A stretch of 64,000 nucleotides of DNA from an uncultured Bacteroides sp. (GCA_964496885.1 CAZCBG010000007.1:9721-73720); one strand, 5' to 3'. Shown: positions 18,482 to 28,538, counted from the first letter of the stretch. Notes: a model not told the origin generated them from the sequence alone. Program-made: numbers and translations.

Positions 18482-20494
18482 TTACCATCTCTTTTTGCTA
18501 GGTCTACCGGTTCTGCTTGTATTTTCTGAATCTCTTTTATTGATGCTTGTATTCGGATCTTTTTTAAAACGGCCATCCGATTCTCTGGAAGGACGATTGT
18601 CTGATTCTTTTTTATACCGGTTATCTGACTCTCTTGGAGGACGACTACCCGCATCTTTATTGAAACGACTGCCCGATGCATCTTTATTCCATTCTTTTCT
18701 TTCGCCACCACCTCTTCTGTCATCACTTCTTCTGTCATCAGGTTTTCTGTCATCACCTCTGCGAGCAAAACTACGTCTTTCGTCGCTTCTGCTTTCGTTT
18801 CTTCTTGGAGAGGATGATCTTCTATCGCCACCTCCTCCATAGCTGCTTTCGCGACGACCTCTGCTTCTTCCTTCGTCACCACCATCTTTTCTTGGAGAGG
18901 ATTGTTCAATAGCAACCGAACGATCACCATATCTGACGTCTTTAAAAGCAGCTAGTATCATATCAAGATAGCTTGCTTCTACTTCAAAGAATGAGAAAGA
19001 TTTCAGTATTTCAATTTTACCGATTTTGATATCTTTGCTTTGCATAACATCATTTAACAAACCAATTAAATGAGGTGGTTGTAAGCCATCCATTTTCCCA
19101 AGGTTGATAAATAATCTTGCAAATCCTTCAGTTGTATCGGGTTTTCCTGAACGTTCATTGCCTTTTTCTGAAACATTCAAATCGGGGGCATTGCGGTAAT
19201 AGGTAAGAAAACGGTTGAATTCAACTGAAACAAAGCGTTTTATTAAATCTTCTTTGCTAAGTTCTTCAAGTTTTTTATAAATAACAGGCAAAAAATCAGT
19301 TATTTCTTCTTCTTTAACCGCTACTTTTTCCATTTTATCAATCATATAAAAAAGTTGCTTTTCACAAACTTCTTTACCATTTGGAATCTTAGCCATTTTG
19401 AAGCTTTTCCCTAATTGGCGTTCGATGTCTTTGATTTTATGCTTTTCACGCATATTGGTAATGGCAATTGAAATCCCGGATTTATCGGCTCTTCCTGTTC
19501 TTCCACTTCTGTGGGTATAAGCTTCAATTTCGTCGGGCAAATTGTAGTTAATTACATGGGTCAGGTCGTTGACATCCAATCCTCTGGCAGCAACATCTGT
19601 AGCAACCAACATCTGTAAATTTCTCACCCTGAATTTGTTCATAACACTATCGCGCTGAACCTGAGACAAATCTCCGTGTAAAGCATCGGCATTGTAACCA
19701 TCTTTAATTAACCAATCGGCCACTTCCTGTGTTTCTCTTCGTGTACGGCAGAAAATAATTGCATAGATATCAGGATAATAATCAGCAATTCTTTTAAGGG
19801 CAAGGTATCTGTCTTTGGCATGCACCAGATAGCAATAATGTTTTACGTTATCTGAACCAGAGTTACGGGAACCTACTGTTATTTCGATAGGTTTGTTCAT
19901 ATACCCTCTGGCAATTTTTTCGACCTGCGTTGGCATGGTAGCCGAAAACAACCAGGTGTTTTTGGTTTTGGGGGTTTCTTTTAATATTTCATTCAATTCA
20001 TCCTGAAATCCCATATCGAGCATTTCATCTGCTTCGTCTAATACAGCATATTTGATATTGCTAAGGTTTATTTTCCCTCTTCTCATCAAATCGAGCATTC
20101 TGCCAGGAGTTGCGACTATCACATTCACACCTCTCGACAATTGTCTCATCTGGGTTTCGATATTGGCACCACCATAAATGGGGATTACTTTAAAAGTTTC
20201 AATGTATTTTGCATAAGATTTTAAATCGTTGGCAATCTGAATGCACAACTCACGGGTTGGGCAAAGAATAAGTGCCTCCGGAGTCAAGTTATTACTGTCG
20301 ATTTTGTTGATAAGGGGTAATCCAAATGCAGCCGTTTTACCGGTGCCTGTTTGTGCAAGAGCAACTAAATCAGTATCTTGTTCTAATAAAACAGGGATTA
20401 CTTCCTCCTGAACCGGCATTGCTCTTTCAAAACCTAATTCTTCAATGGCTTTTAATACGCGAGCATCAATACCTAATTCGCTAAATGTTTTCAT
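18482..20494 (-). CDS. DEAD-box ATP-dependent RNA helicase (DeaD/CsdA-like) with a DbpA-type RNA-binding domain and a ~145-aa R/S/D/G-rich tail
   Basis: 670 aa. Motifs present: Q motif, AQTGTGKT, DEADEM, SAT, HRSGRTGR. A DbpA-like domain follows (ARLFINLGKMDGL...), then the low-complexity tail. Confidence 0.9.
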   Translation of the reverse strand: MKTFSELGIDARVLKAIEELGFERAMPVQEEVIPVLLEQDTDLVALAQTGTGKTAAFGLPLINKIDSNNLTPEALILCPTRELCIQIANDLKSYAKYIETFKVIPIYGGANIETQMRQLSRGVNVIVATPGRMLDLMRRGKINLSNIKYAVLDEADEMLDMGFQDELNEILKETPKTKNTWLFSATMPTQVEKIARGYMNKPIEITVGSRNSGSDNVKHYCYLVHAKDRYLALKRIADYYPDIYAIIFCRTRRETQEVADWLIKDGYNADALHGDLSQVQRDSVMNKFRVRNLQMLVATDVAARGLDVNDLTHVINYNLPDEIEAYTHRSGRTGRADKSGISIAITNMREKHKIKDIERQLGKSFKMAKIPNGKEVCEKQLFYMIDKMEKVAVKEEEITDFLPVIYKKLEELSKEDLIKRFVSVEFNRFLTYYRNAPDLNVSEKGNERSGKPDTTEGFARLFINLGKMDGLQPPHLIGLLNDVMQSKDIKIGKIEILKSFSFFEVEASYLDMILAAFKDVRYGDRSVAIEQSSPRKDGGDEGRSRGRRESSYGGGGDRRSSSPRRNESRSDERRSFARRGDDRKPDDRRSDDRRGGGERKEWNKDASGSRFNKDAGSRPPRESDNRYKKESDNRPSRESDGRFKKDPNTSINKRDSENTSRTGRPSKKRW

Positions 20495-20519
20495 TTTGTG
20501 TATAATTTTTAATAATCTG

Positions 20520-20527
20520 CAAAAGTA
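20520..20527 (-). promoter_or_regulatory. candidate -7 box (TACTTTTG on the minus strand) for the DEAD-box helicase
   Basis: It lies 25 nt upstream of the ATG at 20494. Confidence 0.4.
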
Positions 20528-20753
20528 GTCTAAATCTTTGACTTTCCGAAATATAATTTCATTTTTTGTACCTGCGATACTTTTTATTTACATTTTAAAA
20601 CGTTGTTAATTTTCCAATTTCTTAAAATTTGCTGAACAATTCAGCGTATCGTTTGGGCATTCCTTTCGTAAAATTCAAAAAAAAGAGAGTATTTGCTGAA
20701 ATTTTGGTAAATTTTCTGATTGCATCCTACCTCAATTTTCCATTTATTTCTCC

Positions 20754-20761
20754 TATCTTTG
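20754..20761 (+). promoter_or_regulatory. candidate -7 box (TATCTTTG) for the TonB-dependent receptor operon
   Basis: It lies 140 nt upstream of the ATG at 20902. The leader contains the direct repeat CTGGCTTA(G/A)G at 20841 and 20862. Confidence 0.4.
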
Positions 20762-20901
20762 CAATGAAGCTATTTAAACAGCAATAAATTTCATATTTAT
20801 AACTTTGTCTAAAATTAATAAGGCATTAAAAACGGCTTTCCTGGCTTAGGTTTAAAAAAATCTGGCTTAAGATTTGATTCAAAAAAATTAAATTTTACGA
20901 C

Positions 20902-23232
20902 ATGGTAAAACTTTTATATTCTTTATTGATAATTTTAATATTCTCATTCACTCTTTACGCACAAAAAACTACTGTAAGCGGTTATGTAACCGAAAAAGGT
21001 AACCGTGAATCCTTAATTGGGGTGAATGTTTATTTGCCTAAATATAGTATAGGAACTACCACAAATGCCTACGGTTTTTATTCTATCACTGTTAATAAAG
21101 AGGATAGTGTAGGAATCATTTGGTCTTTTGTAGGTTATCAAAGTGTTCATAAAAAAATAAATTTACAGAACAATCAGGAAATTAATATTGAATTAAACCC
21201 TTCTATAATACTGGAGGCAGTCGTAATTTCGGGAAAGCGTGAAAATAAAGTAAGCGAAGAAACGAGGATGAGTACCATCTCATTAAAACCCATTGAGGTT
21301 AAAAACATCCCCGCCTTACTGGGAGAAAAGGATGTTTTTAAAGCACTGCAATTGATGCCGGGAGTACAGAAAGGGAGTGAAGGATCCAGCGGATTGTATG
21401 TGAGAGGAGGAGGCCCAGATCAAAACCTCATTATTTTAGATGAAGCCGTTGTTTACAATGCCAATCACCTTTTTGGGTTTTTTTCCTTATTTAACGGGGA
21501 TGCCCTAAAATCAATAGAGCTTACCAAGGGTGGCTTCCCTGCCCGTTATGGAGGTCGCCTATCATCAGTAATTGACATGACAATGAAGGACGGCAATAAA
21601 GAGAAATTTTCGGGGGAAGCGGGTATCGGAATTATTTCTTCACGTCTCTTGCTCGAAGGACCTATCGTTAAAAACAAATCTTCTTTCATTATTTCAGGTC
21701 GCAGAACCTATATTGATATTTTAATGCAACCCTTCATACAAAGTACAACTAATTCAACAGCAGGATATTATTTTTATGATTTGAATGCCAAAGTAAACTA
21801 TGATTTTGGCAATAAAAACAAAGTCTTTCTGAGTGGTTACTTTGGTCGTGACAAATTCTATAGGAGCGAATTAGGTGATAATATCTCAAATAATGATTTG
21901 TATTGGCAGAATGCTACAGCTACCCTGAGATGGAACCATCTTTTTTCGAACAAAATATTTTCGAATACATCTCTTATCTTTAGTGATTATACCCTAAAGT
22001 TAAATGCTGAAGAGAAATACCATGAAGATAATTTCCTGCTCAATTACAAATCAGGTATAAGGGATTTTTCCGGTAAATTCGATCTACAGTACCTTCCCAA
22101 TACTAATCATCTGGTTCGTCTGGGCTTAAATACAACTTATCATATATTTACACCCAGTGCTTTTGTGGTAAAGACCGATTTATTGAGCGAAAACATTGAA
22201 AATACAATACAAAACAAGGGTATTGAAACTGCGGTATATATTGAGGATGATATTAAAATCAGGAATCAATTAAAACTAAATCCGGGTTTTCGCATTTCAG
22301 GATTTTCGGTGGGAGATAAAAACTATTTAAATGCAGAACCCCGTTTATCTGTTAGTTATCTGCTGAAAAAAGACCTGGCCCTAAAAGCAAGTTTTGCCAG
22401 TATGACTCAGTATCTGCATCTGCTCAGCAATACAGGAATTGGTTTACCAACCGACTTATGGGTGCCTGCTACCGAAAACGTAAAACCACAGAAATCATGG
22501 CAAATTGCCGGCGGATTAGCCAAAGATATTAAAGCCTATGATCTCAGCATCACACTGGAGGGTTATTATAAAAAATCTAACAACATCATCGGTTATCGTG
22601 AAGGTTCTAATTTTTTATTGATTGATAATCCCTCCGATGCCACTGAATTTAACTGGGAAAAAAACGTCACATCCGGCCAGGCCTGGTCCTATGGTTGTGA
22701 ATTGCTGGTCAGAAAAACTGCCGGAAGATTTTCAGGATGGATTGGGTATACCCTCTCCTGGACTCAACTACAGTTTGACGAGCTGAATTTTGGCTTGAAA
22801 TATTATGCCCGCTACGACCGTCGTCACGATATTTCTGTGGTTGGATTTTATAACATTACTGAAAAAATAATGCTTTCGGCCACCTGGGTCTATGGGACAG
22901 GCAATGCCATTACCCTACCAAAAGCTTCTTATTCTCCAGTTCCGTTTAATGATAATTATTTTGGAAGAAGCGTTCAGGATTATGGGGATAAAAACAGTTT
23001 CAGAATGGCTCCTTACCACCGTTTTGATATTGGCATTCAATTCCATAAAAAAAGGCCTAAATTCGAAAGAACAGTTGAACTTAGCTTATACAATGCCTAC
23101 AATCGGAGTAACCCTTTCTACTATTATTTAACCACAAAGTACAATGCTGTTGACGGAACTCTGAAAAGCGTCATAAATCAGGTGTCGTTATTTCCAATCA
23201 TTCCTTCTATTAGTTGGAGCATTAAATTTTAA
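20902..23232 (+). CDS. TonB-dependent outer-membrane receptor with an N-terminal carboxypeptidase-regulatory-like domain
   Basis: 776 aa. It has a signal peptide, a CarbopepD_reg-like segment (TVSGYVTEKGNRESLIGVNVYL...GFYSI), a plug (GLYVRGGGPDQNLIILDEAVVYN), and a beta-barrel ending ...SISWSIKF. Confidence 0.88.
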   Translation: MVKLLYSLLIILIFSFTLYAQKTTVSGYVTEKGNRESLIGVNVYLPKYSIGTTTNAYGFYSITVNKEDSVGIIWSFVGYQSVHKKINLQNNQEINIELNPSIILEAVVISGKRENKVSEETRMSTISLKPIEVKNIPALLGEKDVFKALQLMPGVQKGSEGSSGLYVRGGGPDQNLIILDEAVVYNANHLFGFFSLFNGDALKSIELTKGGFPARYGGRLSSVIDMTMKDGNKEKFSGEAGIGIISSRLLLEGPIVKNKSSFIISGRRTYIDILMQPFIQSTTNSTAGYYFYDLNAKVNYDFGNKNKVFLSGYFGRDKFYRSELGDNISNNDLYWQNATATLRWNHLFSNKIFSNTSLIFSDYTLKLNAEEKYHEDNFLLNYKSGIRDFSGKFDLQYLPNTNHLVRLGLNTTYHIFTPSAFVVKTDLLSENIENTIQNKGIETAVYIEDDIKIRNQLKLNPGFRISGFSVGDKNYLNAEPRLSVSYLLKKDLALKASFASMTQYLHLLSNTGIGLPTDLWVPATENVKPQKSWQIAGGLAKDIKAYDLSITLEGYYKKSNNIIGYREGSNFLLIDNPSDATEFNWEKNVTSGQAWSYGCELLVRKTAGRFSGWIGYTLSWTQLQFDELNFGLKYYARYDRRHDISVVGFYNITEKIMLSATWVYGTGNAITLPKASYSPVPFNDNYFGRSVQDYGDKNSFRMAPYHRFDIGIQFHKKRPKFERTVELSLYNAYNRSNPFYYYLTTKYNAVDGTLKSVINQVSLFPIIPSISWSIKF

Positions 23233-23242
23233 AAAATTAGCT

Positions 23243-24061
23243 ATGCAGAAAATTCTTTTTATATGTATGAGTTTCTTTTCTATTTTGTTAGTATCCTGTG
23301 AAAAAGAAATAGATGTTGAAATAATAGATAATGATCCCAAAATTGTAGTAAGCACGCATATTGGCGTAGGTGAAATGCTGAAAATATACGTTTCTTCGTC
23401 CATCCCTTTATATGACACTCACAATGAACAAATTAATTTCATCGAAGATGCTTTGTCAGAAATATCTTCAGACAATATAAACTGGAAAACACTGGATTAT
23501 AATTTTCCCGACAAATATTATTCACTTCCACTCTCAACATTTAGTGCAAGCGAAGGACAGACCTATTATATAAGGATTTCGGCCAATGGGTACAAGTCAG
23601 TAAAAAGTTATTGCAGCATTCCAGTTTATAGTCCCATCAGTGTCGCGATAGCTAAACTTGATTCAACAACCGACATCTCTGGCATGGGTTATAATTCATT
23701 AGGCATTACAATTAAAGTGAAAGATGCTACTGGTCAGAAGAATTATTATGGGATTTATGCTTATTTGAATGATCAGCAAATGTATATTGAAAACAACAGC
23801 CTTTGGGTATTTTCAGATAATTTAGGCGATGGAAAAGAATTTCTTTTCAATTATACAAGTTATTACTGGCAGCATGGGGATAATATAAAAGTAAGATTGT
23901 ACCAGACCTCAGAATCTTTTTACCGTTTCCATTTTTCTTATGCGAATTATGTATCCGATAATCCTTTTTCAGAACCTTCCCCTGTTTATTCAAATATTGA
24001 AAATGGCTTAGGGATTTGCTCAGGATATACCTATCGCGATTATTCTTTTATAGTTCCATAA
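23243..24061 (+). CDS. DUF4249-like lipoprotein, the usual partner of this receptor class
   Basis: 272 aa. It has the lipobox LLVSC, is beta-rich, carries the C-terminal motif NIENGLGICSGY, and starts 10 nt after the receptor. Confidence 0.65.
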   Translation: MQKILFICMSFFSILLVSCEKEIDVEIIDNDPKIVVSTHIGVGEMLKIYVSSSIPLYDTHNEQINFIEDALSEISSDNINWKTLDYNFPDKYYSLPLSTFSASEGQTYYIRISANGYKSVKSYCSIPVYSPISVAIAKLDSTTDISGMGYNSLGITIKVKDATGQKNYYGIYAYLNDQQMYIENNSLWVFSDNLGDGKEFLFNYTSYYWQHGDNIKVRLYQTSESFYRFHFSYANYVSDNPFSEPSPVYSNIENGLGICSGYTYRDYSFIVP

Positions 24062-24244
24062 AAGAATAAAGACATAAAATTGAAACATTCATTCATAATT
24101 CTCAGTATGAACACCATACAAGTTATAGAAATTATTTTTTCCCTCATCACTTATTCACAAGACTTTTCCTCTTATTCTGGAACGAATATTTGAGATCAGC
24201 AAAAGTAAAAATCAAATTTGTTGGCGAAAGCAAAATTTTGAAAT

Positions 24245-24275
24245 AAAAAAAACTCACATCGTTGAATGTGAGTTT
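24245..24275 (-). terminator. intrinsic terminator downstream of the ferredoxin gene (usable in both directions)
   Basis: AAACTCACAT-cgttga-ATGTGAGTTT is a 10-bp stem. On the minus strand it is followed by T8. The plus strand reads TTTATTTT after the stem. Confidence 0.75.
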
Positions 24276-24296
24276 ATTTTATGAAAGTATCGGAAA

Positions 24297-24464
24297 CTAT
24301 TCTGGATGAATTGCTTCTACTGGACAAACATCAGCACAAGAACCACAGTCTGTACAAACATCTGCATCAATTTTATAGATATCACCTTCAGCAATAGCTT
24401 CTACAGGACATTCATCAATACATGTACCACAAGCAGTACAATCATCAGTAATTTTATAAGCCAT
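24297..24464 (-). CDS. clostridial-type 2[4Fe-4S] ferredoxin, 55 aa
   Basis: Hand translation gives MAYKITDDCTACGTCIDECPVEAIAEGDIYKIDADVCTDCGSCADVCPVEAIHPE. It contains two CxxCxxCxxxCP motifs. It is not in the ORF track because it is under 60 aa. Confidence 0.9.
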   Translation of the reverse strand: MAYKITDDCTACGTCIDECPVEAIAEGDIYKIDADVCTDCGSCADVCPVEAIHPE

Positions 24465-24497
24465 AATATTTATTATTAAAAGTTAATTTTGTGAGTG

Positions 24498-24505
24498 CAA
24501 ATATA
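24498..24505 (-). promoter_or_regulatory. candidate -7 box (TATATTTG on the minus strand) for the ferredoxin gene
   Basis: It lies 33 nt upstream of the ATG at 24464. Confidence 0.45.
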
Positions 24506-24630
24506 TTCAATAATTTCCTACTACATAAAATAAATTTGCTATTTTTTTTATTGAAATGTATGATATTTTATATCTGCCTGAATATCTTAACGATACGTGG
24601 TTTTGTTAAATTTATCTTTTTCGATTTTTA

Positions 24631-25134
24631 TTACGGATTCTTTTTCCTTTTATAAATTAAATACGAATAAAGCAATCCACTCTTATCGTCAATTATATTT
24701 TCTTGATTTTCTACTATTTCCCAATCCGAAAAATCAATATCAGGATAAAAAGTATCTGCCTCAAAATCCTTGTGCACTTTTGTAAGATATAATTTGTCGG
24801 CAATTGGCATAAACTGCCTGTATACGCTGCCACCACCGATAATGAAGTTTTCCTTATCTGACTCGCATAAATTGATAGCATCTTCAATGCTGTATGCCAT
24901 TATACAACCATCTATTTTTTCATCGACAATATCTGTAATTACAACACTTCTCCGATTGGGTAATGGTCGAATGGGCAGGCTTTCAAATGTATTTTTCCCC
25001 ATAACAATGGTATGATGGGTTGTAAGTTGCTTGAAGCGTTTCAGATCTTCTGAAAGATGCCACAACAACTGATTGTCTTTTCCAATGGCATTGTTGTTGG
25101 CAATGGCTACAATGATAGATAGTTGTTTATTCAT
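24631..25134 (-). CDS. folA: dihydrofolate reductase
   Basis: 167 aa. Contains SIIVAIANNNAIGKDNQLLWHLSEDLKRFK...TIVMGKNTFESLP. It overlaps the lipB stop by 8 nt. Confidence 0.92.
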   Translation of the reverse strand: MNKQLSIIVAIANNNAIGKDNQLLWHLSEDLKRFKQLTTHHTIVMGKNTFESLPIRPLPNRRSVVITDIVDEKIDGCIMAYSIEDAINLCESDKENFIIGGGSVYRQFMPIADKLYLTKVHKDFEADTFYPDIDFSDWEIVENQENIIDDKSGLLYSYLIYKRKKNP

Positions 25135-25819
25135 TTTCTATAAATTCAAAGTTAAATACTTTTTGTAAATTTAGTTTTACGATTTCCGCCACTTCATCAA
25201 AATCAAGTTTCTTACCCAGCTCTTTTTCAAGCGAAGTTACAGCTTTATCTGTAAACCCACATGGATGGATGTGGTTAAAATAATTTAAATCGGTGTTGAC
25301 ATTAAATGCAAAACCATGCATGCTTACCCAATGACTTGTTCTTACTCCAATTGCACAGATTTTTCTGACTTTCTTTGGATCTTTCACATCCAACCATACT
25401 CCAATTGCATTTTCAAGCCGTTCAGCATGAATATCGTACTGTTTTAAAGATAGGATAATGGCTTCTTCTAAACTGTAAATATAGTCTTTAATCCCCATCT
25501 TAAAAGCAGTTAAATTTAAAATCGGATAGCCTACCAATTGACCAGGCCCATGATAAGTAATATCGCCACCCCGGTTAATCTTATGGAAAGTGGCATTTTG
25601 GGCCTGTAATTGAATGTAATCAATTAACATATTGTCTTCCGATCCACTTTTACCCAAGGTATATACATGAGGATGTTGGCAGAATATTAAATGATTGATA
25701 ATATCGGGTTTATCCAAACGTTTTTCATTGAGAATACGGTTGAATAAGCTTTCCTGCAAATCCCAGCATTCTTTGTAATCAATTTCCTGTAACGAATGAA
25801 ATATAGTTTTCTGTGACAT
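25127..25819 (-). CDS. lipB: lipoyl(octanoyl) transferase
   Basis: 230 aa. Contains RGGDITYHGPGQLVGYPIL and KICAIGVR motifs. Confidence 0.9.
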   Translation of the reverse strand: MSQKTIFHSLQEIDYKECWDLQESLFNRILNEKRLDKPDIINHLIFCQHPHVYTLGKSGSEDNMLIDYIQLQAQNATFHKINRGGDITYHGPGQLVGYPILNLTAFKMGIKDYIYSLEEAIILSLKQYDIHAERLENAIGVWLDVKDPKKVRKICAIGVRTSHWVSMHGFAFNVNTDLNYFNHIHPCGFTDKAVTSLEKELGKKLDFDEVAEIVKLNLQKVFNFEFIENE

Positions 25820-25879
25820 ATTTTTTTTATTGCCAAAAAGGAGACAGTGCCTAAAGTTAATAATTGCCCTCCTTTTACT

Positions 25880-26740
25880 TTATTCATTATCCTTGATTTG
25901 CTTCTCTGCATGATAAGACGACCTAACCATTGGTGCACTTTCAGCAAATTGAAAACCTTTTTCCAATGCTTTTAATCGATAAAATTCGAATTTTTTGGGC
26001 GTAATATATTCCTCGACCATTATATTTTGACGGCTTGGTTGTAGATACTGCCCTATGGTTATGATTTTACATCCTGCAATTAACAAATCATCCATGGTTT
26101 GAAGAATTTCCTCTTCCTTTTCACCCAGTCCCAGCATTATGCCCGACTTGGCAGTAAGACCACCCTGAGCGATGTATTTCAATACTTCTAAACTCAGCCG
26201 GTATTTGGCTTTGGTTCTTATAGTGGGCGTCAGGCGTTCTACTGTTTCAAGATTGTGGGAAATAATTTCGGGCTTTGCATCCATTATTTTCTGTAATAAT
26301 GTTTTATTCCCCTGAAAATCGGGTATCAGGACTTCAAGCGTTGTCGCTGGATTTATTTCTTTGATTTTCAGTATAGTTTCAACCCAATGTTCTGCTCCAA
26401 AATCAGCTAAGTCGTCTCTGTCAACAGATGTAATCACACAATGCTTCAAACTCATAAGCTGGATTGAATTGGCAATGCTTAAGGGCTCTCCTGAATCCGG
26501 CGGTAAAGGTTTACCGGATATTACATTACAAAACCGGCAATTTCTGGTACAAATGTTCCCAAGAATCAAAAATGTAGCTGTTCCTTTACTCCAGCATTCT
26601 CCTAAATTTGGGCAATCGCCACTTTCGCAAATGGTATGAAGCTGGTGATTTTTTACTATTTCTTTCACCTTGAGGTAATCATCGCCTTTCGATAATTTTA
26701 TTTTGAGCCATTCAGGCTTTCTTTTAAATTCCATTTTCAA
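25880..26740 (-). CDS. lipA: lipoyl synthase (radical SAM)
   Basis: 286 aa. Contains the auxiliary cluster CESGDCPNLGEC and the radical-SAM motif CTRNCRFC. Confidence 0.92.
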   Translation of the reverse strand: MKMEFKRKPEWLKIKLSKGDDYLKVKEIVKNHQLHTICESGDCPNLGECWSKGTATFLILGNICTRNCRFCNVISGKPLPPDSGEPLSIANSIQLMSLKHCVITSVDRDDLADFGAEHWVETILKIKEINPATTLEVLIPDFQGNKTLLQKIMDAKPEIISHNLETVERLTPTIRTKAKYRLSLEVLKYIAQGGLTAKSGIMLGLGEKEEEILQTMDDLLIAGCKIITIGQYLQPSRQNIMVEEYITPKKFEFYRLKALEKGFQFAESAPMVRSSYHAEKQIKDNE

Positions 26741-26851
26741 ATCTTAATTTTAAATCCTGATGCTAACAACAACCCAAAAAGATTTATGATTTTTGATGTG
26801 TAAAAAACCCATGATCTTCATTTATTCAACACTATTATTAAAAGCACTGAT

Positions 26852-27646
26852 TTATATGGCAATCGCCCCTTTGATATGAGGCTGTGGATTATAATTGATC
26901 AATTCAAAATCTTCGAATTTGAAATCAACTATTGTTTTAACATCCTGATTTATCTTTAACTGCGGTAGCTCTCCTGGTATGCGCGCCAATTGTGTTTTAA
27001 CCTGCTCAATATGATTCATATAAATATGAGCATCCCCTAAGGTATGTACAAATTCATGCGCCTGATAACCGCAAACATGAGCCATCATTTGCAATAAAAT
27101 AGCATAAGAGGCAATATTAAACGGAACCCCCAGAAAAATATCTGCACTTCGCTGGTACAAATGACAGGATAATTTGCCATTGGCAACATAAAACTGAAAC
27201 ATCACATGACAGGGGGGCAAAGCCATTTTATCAATTTCACCTACATTCCATGCACTCACAATATGACGGCGCGAATCGGGATTGGTTTTCAATGCTTCCA
27301 CTACCTGAGCAATCTGATCGATTACATTTCCCTCATTCGTTTTCCAGTTTCGCCATTGGTAACCATATATCGGTCCTAAATCACCATTTTCATCTGCCCA
27401 TTCATTCCAAATTGATACCTTATGGTCGTTGAGGTATTTCACATTGGTATCCCCATTCAAAAACCACAATAACTCATAGATAATTGAACGCAGATGTAAT
27501 TTTTTAGTCGTAAGAAGCGGAAATCCATTTTCAAGGTTGAAACGCATCTGGTAACCAAAACAACTGAGAGTGCCTGTGCCGGTACGGTCTTCTTTGCGGA
27601 TGCCGTTTTTCATCACATGATCAAGTAATTCAAGATATTGTTGCAT
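26852..27646 (-). CDS. thyA: thymidylate synthase (ThyA type)
   Basis: 264 aa. Contains [11 protein letters not shown]...DRTGTGT and the active-site LPPCH. It ends ...GAIAI. Confidence 0.95.
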   Translation of the reverse strand: MQQYLELLDHVMKNGIRKEDRTGTGTLSCFGYQMRFNLENGFPLLTTKKLHLRSIIYELLWFLNGDTNVKYLNDHKVSIWNEWADENGDLGPIYGYQWRNWKTNEGNVIDQIAQVVEALKTNPDSRRHIVSAWNVGEIDKMALPPCHVMFQFYVANGKLSCHLYQRSADIFLGVPFNIASYAILLQMMAHVCGYQAHEFVHTLGDAHIYMNHIEQVKTQLARIPGELPQLKINQDVKTIVDFKFEDFELINYNPQPHIKGAIAI

Positions 27647-27652
27647 AGTATT

Positions 27653-28510
27653 TTAATAACGAATCATAAAACTTTCAGGATAATCTTTATTCATTTTTTC
27701 TTTCAGTTGGGCTACTTTATTTTTATCGGCAAATTTACCAATAATTAAACGAAAAAAGCTGGAATTCCCTTTTTTGATTTCCTGTATACTTGTTTCTTCT
27801 TTGAAATTGCTTTTAATTTTAGTTAGAAGCTTGTCGGCATTGTTTTTAACCTTAAAACTTCCTATTTGTAAACCATACAGATTATTATCGGATAATGGTT
27901 TCGTTTCAACAATATTCGTTTCAGCAACTTGCGTTTCTTTTATTTTAATTTCAGTAACTGCTGTTACCTGAATTTTAGGCTCTTCAAATGCAAAAAGCAC
28001 TGGTTTTACCATAGAAATTGCTAAAAGTGCTGTGTCTTTGGGTAGAAGGGGTTCTTTAACAGCTTCTGAATGTGAGGGTTTTGCTGTTTTAATACTGGCC
28101 ATCAATTGTTGATGGGTTGCGTCATTGGGTTTACCGTAACTCAATATGGTGAGCTGTACTTTAGCCAGCCCATTGTAGACAAAATCTAAAGAATCGGCGG
28201 CCGCTCTCGATAAATCAATGATTCTTCTGTTGATAAAAGGACCTCTATCGTTGATTCTGACGATGATAGATTTATGATTGTTCAGATTGGTAACTTTTAC
28301 CTTTGAATTAAAGGGCAGGCTCAGATGGGCAGCTGTCATTTTGGTTTCATCGTATTTTTCGCCATTGGCGGTTTTTTTCCCATCCAGCCAGCCATGATAA
28401 TAGGAAGCAATCCCAATTTTGGGAGCCTGACGATCCTGAGCTTTTAAAACCTGAAATGATAATAAAACCAAGAGTATGCTAAATGTAAAAACAGTAAAGC
28501 TGAATCTCAT
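27653..28510 (-). CDS. rlpA: septal-ring lytic transglycosylase RlpA-family protein with a C-terminal SPOR domain
   Basis: 285 aa. It has a signal peptide, a DPBB domain (GIASYYHG...TANGEKYD...VRINDRGPF) and a SPOR-like C-terminus (YGLQIGSF...FRLIIGKF). It ends 6 nt before the thyA start. Confidence 0.85.
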   Translation of the reverse strand: MRFSFTVFTFSILLVLLSFQVLKAQDRQAPKIGIASYYHGWLDGKKTANGEKYDETKMTAAHLSLPFNSKVKVTNLNNHKSIIVRINDRGPFINRRIIDLSRAAADSLDFVYNGLAKVQLTILSYGKPNDATHQQLMASIKTAKPSHSEAVKEPLLPKDTALLAISMVKPVLFAFEEPKIQVTAVTEIKIKETQVAETNIVETKPLSDNNLYGLQIGSFKVKNNADKLLTKIKSNFKEETSIQEIKKGNSSFFRLIIGKFADKNKVAQLKEKMNKDYPESFMIRY

Positions 28511-28538
28511 TTTAATATCTTAAGGTTAAAGTGCGGTT

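Noticed and set aside
18460-18930. Three overlapping ORFs in other frames and strands (18460..18930 -, 18465..18842 +, 18676..18912 +) that could suggest overlapping or antisense genes.
   Set aside because: They coincide exactly with the repetitive R/S/D/G-rich tail of the DEAD-box helicase. Biased codon repeats keep several frames open. Their products are low-complexity (L/S-rich or E/V/M-rich) with no motifs or independent signals.
20762-20901. A riboswitch (cobalamin, TPP or similar) in the 140-nt leader of the TonB-dependent receptor.
   Set aside because: The leader is short and very AT-rich. It lacks the conserved cores I know, such as the B12 box or the TPP CUGAGA/ACCUGA elements. Only a simple direct repeat is visible.
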